Shown: piece after piece, positions 58,071-64,000 of the stretch
Layout: the number at the start of each line of letters is the position of its first letter
Numbering within the stretch: the first letter of the stretch is position 1
Source: an uncultured Gammaproteobacteria bacterium
Lineage (GTDB): Bacteria > Pseudomonadota > Gammaproteobacteria > Magnimaribacterales > Magnimaribacteraceae
Direction: 5' to 3'
Assembly: GCA_913045055.1 (NCBI GenBank)
Contig: CAJWPI010000005.1
Location: forward strand, 3,675 to 67,674
Length of the DNA stretch: 64,000 nt
Made by a program: the position numbers and the translations under genes
The notes under the pieces: model-generated
The model's database searches: none
What the model was told of the DNA's origin: nothing
What the model saw: only the letters and a program-made list of their open reading frames with translations

Positions 58071-59351
58071 TTAAGTTAGGTCGTAACTTCTTTCTTCATG
58101 CTCAGTAACATCTAGACCTTCGAGTTCCTCTTCTTCAGTAACCCTTAACGGTGTAAGCAAGCCTGTTAGTTTGAGTATTATCCAGGAAGCTATGGCTGTC
58201 CAAAGCCCTATAACTAGAATTCCCTTTAGTTGGATTAAAAATTGTTCCATAGGAAGCCATGTTTCACCTGCACTTGAACCCAGGAATCCTCCTTGTACAC
58301 CTACAAAACTAACCATTATGATTCCAATAATTCCACCAACTCCATGAACAGGGAATACATCTAAGGAGTCGTCTATACCAAATAAACCCTTAACAGCTTG
58401 AGTGGCATAAAAACATATTATTCCTGCCATTAAACCAATTAAAAGAGCACCTTCAGGTCCAACACTTCCAGCTGCCGGAGTAATAGTTGCCAACCCAGCA
58501 ACCATACCAGTAGCAATCCCTACAAGTGTAGGCTTTCCTCCTTTTATCCATTCTATAGACATCCAAGTAAAAGCTGCTGTTGCTGCACTGATATGAGTTA
58601 CTAGCATTGCCATGCCTGCTAGTCCATCTGCTGCCCAAGAACTTCCTGCATTAAAACCAAACCAACCTACCCATAACATCGCAGCTCCAGTTATTACCAT
58701 TGTCCGGTTATGAGGCGGCATAGCAGTTGAAGGGAAGCCTTTCCTAGGTCCTAATACAAGTGCTGTAACTAAAGCTCCTACACCACAAGTTAAATGAACA
58801 ACCAAACCGCCTGCAAAATCTTTTACATCAGCAAGATAACCACCACCCCATATCATATGACAGGCAGGGATATATACTGCTGTAAACCAAAGTAAAGAAA
58901 AGATGCACATTGCACCAAATTTCATTCTTTCTGCAAAGGCACCTACAACTAATGCGGGTGTGATAATTGCAAAAGTCATTTGAAAAATTACAAATAGAGA
59001 ATGTGGCATTGTAGTACCGGGAGCTAATGTATCTCTACCTAATGCTGTTAAGAAAAAAGCGCTTGTTCCTCCTATAAAAGCATTGCCTTCAGTGAACGCA
59101 AGACTGTAACCATATACAACCCAAGCAATAGAGACTATGCAAGCTATAGCAAAGCATTGCATTAAAACTGAGATAGCATTTTTACTTCTTACTAATCCTG
59201 CATAAAAAAGTGACAAGCCAGGTAAAGTCATAAATAAGACTAAAGCCGTCGAAGTCAGTATCCAAGCAGTATCTCCAGAATCATGCCCCTCAGCAGAAAG
59301 TGAAAAAGACAGAAGTGCTGTAGTTGTAATGAAAAATAATCTTTTTAACAT
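58071..59351 (-). CDS. amtB: Ammonium transporter
   Basis: A signal peptide, 11 TM helices, and the Amt signatures DSGDTAW, DFAGGLVVHL and GVHGVGGI. Confidence 0.96.
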   Translation of the reverse strand: MLKRLFFITTTALLSFSLSAEGHDSGDTAWILTSTALVLFMTLPGLSLFYAGLVRSKNAISVLMQCFAIACIVSIAWVVYGYSLAFTEGNAFIGGTSAFFLTALGRDTLAPGTTMPHSLFVIFQMTFAIITPALVVGAFAERMKFGAMCIFSLLWFTAVYIPACHMIWGGGYLADVKDFAGGLVVHLTCGVGALVTALVLGPRKGFPSTAMPPHNRTMVITGAAMLWVGWFGFNAGSSWAADGLAGMAMLVTHISAATAAFTWMSIEWIKGGKPTLVGIATGMVAGLATITPAAGSVGPEGALLIGLMAGIICFYATQAVKGLFGIDDSLDVFPVHGVGGIIGIIMVSFVGVQGGFLGSSAGETWLPMEQFLIQLKGILVIGLWTAIASWIILKLTGLLTPLRVTEEEELEGLDVTEHEERSYDLT

Positions 59352-59375
59352 AAAATCTCCTCTTTTCTATTTTAT

Positions 59376-60703
<1,328 letters not shown>

Positions 60704-60747
60704 GCTCTATTCTCCTTATAATTTTATAATCACCTTATATAATTACA

Positions 60748-60763
60748 TGCAAGTTATATGCCA
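60748..60763 (-). promoter_or_regulatory. Sigma-54 (-24/-12) promoter for glnII-glnK-amtB
   Basis: The minus strand reads TGGCATATAACTTGCA. This matches TGGCAC-N5-TTGCW with correct GG/GC spacing. The -12 end is 45 nt upstream of the glnII ATG. Confidence 0.65.
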
Positions 60764-60832
60764 GGATATTTTAATGAACCTTTAATGAAATAAAATAAGA
60801 TAGTGTCTAACTTGATGCAGAGAAGATAAAAA

Positions 60833-60849
60833 TGCACCAAAAAGGGTCA
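60833..60849. promoter_or_regulatory. Candidate NtrC enhancer site
   Basis: TGCACCAAAAAGGGTCA against the consensus TGCACC-N5-GGTGCA (10 of 12 specified positions). It lies ~70 nt upstream of the -24 element. Confidence 0.35.
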
Positions 60850-60862
60850 GAAAAAGTTAGAT

Positions 60863-62158
60863 TTAAGTGGTTTTTAGAAAATTATTATCTAGATATGGGG
60901 CAAGATGCGACAGGATTTTTTGTAATGCCCCTTTATTCTTTTTTGTAACCAACAAAGATGCCTCTCCTAATCTCTGTATTTCAGCTTCGTTATTTAAGAG
61001 ATCTAAACAATAATTGGTTATATCCTTTGAAGTATAAATTATTTTTAAAGCTTCTGCTTTCTCTAGTTCCATAGCTACATCTTCAAAGTTCCTTAAATTT
61101 GGACCTGAACAAATTGGCTTACCTAAAGACGCTGGTTCAATAATATTTTGTCCTCCATGATCTATTAAACTTCCACCAACAAAGGCAATATCAGAAACTG
61201 AATAAAGTAGATTTAGCTCCCCCATTGTGTCACCTAATAAAACTTCAATGTTAGAATCTACTTGATCTTTTTTAGATCTCCTAGCTACCTTAAAATTCTT
61301 TTTAAGAATTAGATTGTACACTTGGGAGAATCTTTCTGGATGTCGAGGACAAATTATAAGAAGGGCATTATTCATACTCCTTAATAACTCTGAAAAGGAT
61401 TCAAGTATTATTTCTTCTTCAGTCTCATGAGTGCTAGCAGCAATCAATATAGGTCGATTTTCTCCTTCAATAGACCAACTGTCTTTAATAGTGTTTGATA
61501 TATTTGCAAGCTCACTAGGAATTTCGATTTCATACTTCAAATTACCACTTAACTTAATATCCTTTTCTTTAATAAGCTCATTAAATCTTTTCTTATCTGA
61601 GTTATATTGAGCAACAAGAAGGTCTATTTTATCTAGTGACGGGTTAATTAATGATTTGATATTAAGATAATTTTTTTTAGATTTCTCTGAAAGCCTAGCA
61701 TTAATAATTCCTATAAAAATTTCCCTCTTATTGCATTCATGTATGATATTAGGCCATATTTCGGTTTCTAATATTAATAAAGCTTTTGGCTTCCAGAAAT
61801 TGAGAAATTTCTTAATGCAATAAGGCAAGTCTATAGGAATATACTGATGCTTTATCCTATTCCCCATCGTCCTTCTTAACATTTCTGAGCCAGTAGGTGT
61901 TGTTGTTGTTACTAATAGATCTAAGTTCTGATAGGTATCCAATAAACTCCTTAGAAGAGGTAAAGAAGCATTAACTTCACCTACAGAAACAGCATGTACC
62001 CATAAAACATCCTTTTGACTTGATAGGTTTTTAACAAAGCCTAAGCGTTCAGGCCATCTTTTGAGATAATCAATGTTTTTAATACCTTTCCAGGCTAACC
62101 TCAAAAAGTAAAAAGGGCTAATAAAATAAAATAAGGCCGTGTAGATAAGTCTCGGCAT
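60863..62158 (-). CDS. waaA: 3-deoxy-D-manno-octulosonic acid (Kdo) transferase
   Basis: N-terminus LIYTALFYFISPFYFLRL, WVHAVSVGE and GGSLIDHGGQNIIEPA. 431 aa. Confidence 0.93.
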   Translation of the reverse strand: MPRLIYTALFYFISPFYFLRLAWKGIKNIDYLKRWPERLGFVKNLSSQKDVLWVHAVSVGEVNASLPLLRSLLDTYQNLDLLVTTTTPTGSEMLRRTMGNRIKHQYIPIDLPYCIKKFLNFWKPKALLILETEIWPNIIHECNKREIFIGIINARLSEKSKKNYLNIKSLINPSLDKIDLLVAQYNSDKKRFNELIKEKDIKLSGNLKYEIEIPSELANISNTIKDSWSIEGENRPILIAASTHETEEEIILESFSELLRSMNNALLIICPRHPERFSQVYNLILKKNFKVARRSKKDQVDSNIEVLLGDTMGELNLLYSVSDIAFVGGSLIDHGGQNIIEPASLGKPICSGPNLRNFEDVAMELEKAEALKIIYTSKDITNYCLDLLNNEAEIQRLGEASLLVTKKNKGALQKILSHLAPYLDNNFLKTT

Positions 62159-62214
62159 ATGGCTATGCTAACATATGATTTTCAATGAATTATATAAAAC
62201 TCTAGTGAGGATAA

Positions 62215-63174
62215 ATGATAGTAGTTACAGGAAGTAATGGTTTTATAGGGAGTAACCTTATACACCAATTAAATCAGCAGGGTTCTACGAACATACTTGC
62301 AGTAGACGATCTTTCTAAAAAGGATCGAAAAAAAAATATAAAAAATTGTGAAATTAAAGAATTAATGGACTCTAACGACTTTTATTCATCTCTAGAAACT
62401 AACTTATTGCAGAAAAAAAAGGTTAAAACTATATTTCACCAGGGTGCCTGCTCAGACACTCTGGAGTGGGATGCATCTTTTATTCTGAGGAATAATTATT
62501 ACCTTTCAAAAAAACTTCTTTTCCATGCCCAAAATAATGCTATTCCTTTCATCTATGCTTCATCTGCTTCAGTTTATGGAAATGGTAAAAATTTCGTAGA
62601 GGATAAAAAGAATGAAGATCCTATAAATCTTTATGCATATTCAAAGTATCTATTCGATCAGTATGTAAGAAGTAAGCTAAGTAAAAACTCAAATCAGATA
62701 GTGGGCCTAAGATACTTTAATGTCTATGGACCAAATGAATCTCATAAAGAGAGAATGGCAAGCGTAGCTTATCACTTGAATGAACAACTTAAAGAAGGGG
62801 AGAGAGTCAAACTTTTTGAAGGATCAGATGGATATGCAGCAGGGGAACAGAGAAGAGATTTTGTTTTTGTTAACGATGTAGTTAAGGTCAATCTCTGGTT
62901 CATGAAGAACTCAAATATTTCTGGTATTTTTAATGTCGGAACAGGTAAAAGCCAAACATTTAACGAAGTTGCTAATTCAGTAATAGATTGGAACAAGAGA
63001 GGTGTAGTTAAATTTATACCTTTCCCTGAAAAGTTAAGAAATTCTTATCAAAGTTTTACTGAAGCAGATATCTCTAAATTAAGAAAAGTTGGCTATACCG
63101 AAGATTTTTCTAATATTCAGGAAGGAATAAAACTTTATCTAGATTCAAAAATTACTTGGCCTAGTAATGAATAA
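62215..63174 (+). CDS. hldD: ADP-L-glycero-D-manno-heptose 6-epimerase
   Basis: MIVVTGSNGFIGSNL, ASSASVYG, the YxxxK motif YAYSKYLFDQY, and LRYFNVYGPNESHK. Confidence 0.94.
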   Translation: MIVVTGSNGFIGSNLIHQLNQQGSTNILAVDDLSKKDRKKNIKNCEIKELMDSNDFYSSLETNLLQKKKVKTIFHQGACSDTLEWDASFILRNNYYLSKKLLFHAQNNAIPFIYASSASVYGNGKNFVEDKKNEDPINLYAYSKYLFDQYVRSKLSKNSNQIVGLRYFNVYGPNESHKERMASVAYHLNEQLKEGERVKLFEGSDGYAAGEQRRDFVFVNDVVKVNLWFMKNSNISGIFNVGTGKSQTFNEVANSVIDWNKRGVVKFIPFPEKLRNSYQSFTEADISKLRKVGYTEDFSNIQEGIKLYLDSKITWPSNE

Positions 63175-64000
63175 TAAAAAAAAGAATCCATACAATTCTG
63201 AAGAAATTTTTAGTATAGGTTTATTGAATCCAAAATATCTATTTACTTGGGTTGGTTTGTTCTTTCTTTTTCCTGTAACAAAACTACCTGTATCTCTAAT
63301 TCATAAATTAGGAGATATGCTTGGCTTTATTTTTTTTGTAGTCAGCAAGGAGAGAAAAAGAATAGCCTTAATCAATCTTAAACTTTGTTTTCCAAAGTTA
63401 GAAGAACAAGAAATTAATAAGTTGTTAAAAGAAAATTTTAAAAATTTAGGTAAAGGCATATTGGAGATGGGTATTGCTTGGTGGTCAAACCAAACCAGGC
63501 TACAAAATCTTATTACTGATTATTCCAACAAAGAATTTTTAAAAAAACCAAGTAAAAATAATGGAGGGTTATTAGTTTTAATTAAGCATTCTACCCACTT
63601 AGAGCTTGATTTAAGGCTAATTGCAAGCGTTTGTGAAATGGGCGGAATGTATAGACCACAAAAAAATTTAGTCATAAATTATTTTATGAGAAAATCCAGA
63701 AACTCCTATCTAAAAGGGGTCGTTTCAAACTCACAAGCCAGAAAAGGTATTGTATGGATAAAGAGAGGTCTAAAATTCTTTTATGCTGCTGATCAAGACT
63801 ATGGAAATAAAGTATCAGAATATATCCCGTTCTTTGGTCATGAAGCAGCTACAGTTAAATTACCAGGTGACCTAGCTACTAGTGGACTTGAAATTATTTT
63901 TGCTAATGTAAAAAGAAGTAAATTTGGATACGCAATACATTTACATAAATTTAAGCAAACTTCTTCTAGAAAAGAATTCCTCATCCAAATGAATGAATAC
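63167..64000 (+). CDS. lpxL: Lipid A biosynthesis lauroyl/myristoyl acyltransferase (LpxL/HtrB family), 3'-truncated by the window edge
   Basis: It is not in the ORF track because no stop lies inside the window. My own translation from the ATG at 63167 is open through 64000. It gives MNNKKKNPYNSEEIFSIGLLNPKYLFTWVGLFF...LINLKLCFP...KHSTHLELD...AADQDYG, matching the E. coli LpxL N-terminal pattern (LLHPRYWLTW..., NLELCFP, the HxxxxE/D acyltransferase motif). 8-nt overlap with hldD. Confidence 0.85.
   Translation, partial: MNNKKKNPYNSEEIFSIGLLNPKYLFTWVGLFFLFPVTKLPVSLIHKLGDMLGFIFFVVSKERKRIALINLKLCFPKLEEQEINKLLKENFKNLGKGILEMGIAWWSNQTRLQNLITDYSNKEFLKKPSKNNGGLLVLIKHSTHLELDLRLIASVCEMGGMYRPQKNLVINYFMRKSRNSYLKGVVSNSQARKGIVWIKRGLKFFYAADQDYGNKVSEYIPFFGHEAATVKLPGDLATSGLEIIFANVKRSKFGYAIHLHKFKQTSSRKEFLIQMNEY

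Overview
AT-rich, very gene-dense chromosomal segment of a Gammaproteobacterium, with many ATGA/TTGA start-stop overlaps and most spacers under 100 bp. I call 62 protein-coding genes, two of them cut by the window edges. I found no tRNA, rRNA, CRISPR array, transposase, integrase or phage genes.

Most of the window is housekeeping synteny familiar from Pseudomonas/Vibrio-type genomes:
- gyrA-serC-pheA-hisC-tyrA-aroA-cmk-rpsA-ihfB-lapA-pyrF-(cupin)-uvrC, minus strand, 2.8-16.8 kb
- pntAA-pntAB-pntB
- ubiG-HAD phosphatase-yciK
- rluB-scpB-scpA-nadE
- xseB-ispA-dxs
- ribA-pgpA-thiL
- glyA-nrdR-ribD-ribBA-ribH-nusB
- miaA-hflX-hflK-hflC-hisZ-purA
- glnII-glnK-amtB
- waaA / hldD-lpxL

Accessory or poorly understood content:
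1. The tail of a Ptm/Leg-type nonulosonic-acid (legionaminic-like) sugar cluster at 1-2768.
2. A protein with three tandem DnaT-type ssDNA-binding modules at 27.07-28.16 kb.
3. A four-gene block at 28.2-36.5 kb placed directly upstream of xseB-ispA-dxs. It holds a hairpin-less RND adaptor, an RND pump, a quinohemoprotein PQQ alcohol dehydrogenase and a TonB-dependent receptor.
4. A Cys-rich DUF3604/PHP-like membrane-anchored protein plus a small secreted protein, appended to the purA operon at 48.8-51.4 kb.
5. A 97-aa orphan with a LETM1-like motif.

Notable absences at conserved positions are hfq and mutL around miaA-hflX, lapB between lapA and pyrF, and the riboflavin synthase gene between ribD and ribBA.

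I did not find a clear-cut defence system or mobile island. The candidates for something new are items 2-4, and all functional proposals for them are inference. My taxonomic guess is a streamlined marine gammaproteobacterium, SAR86-like in style. That rests only on base composition, compaction and synteny, not on any search.
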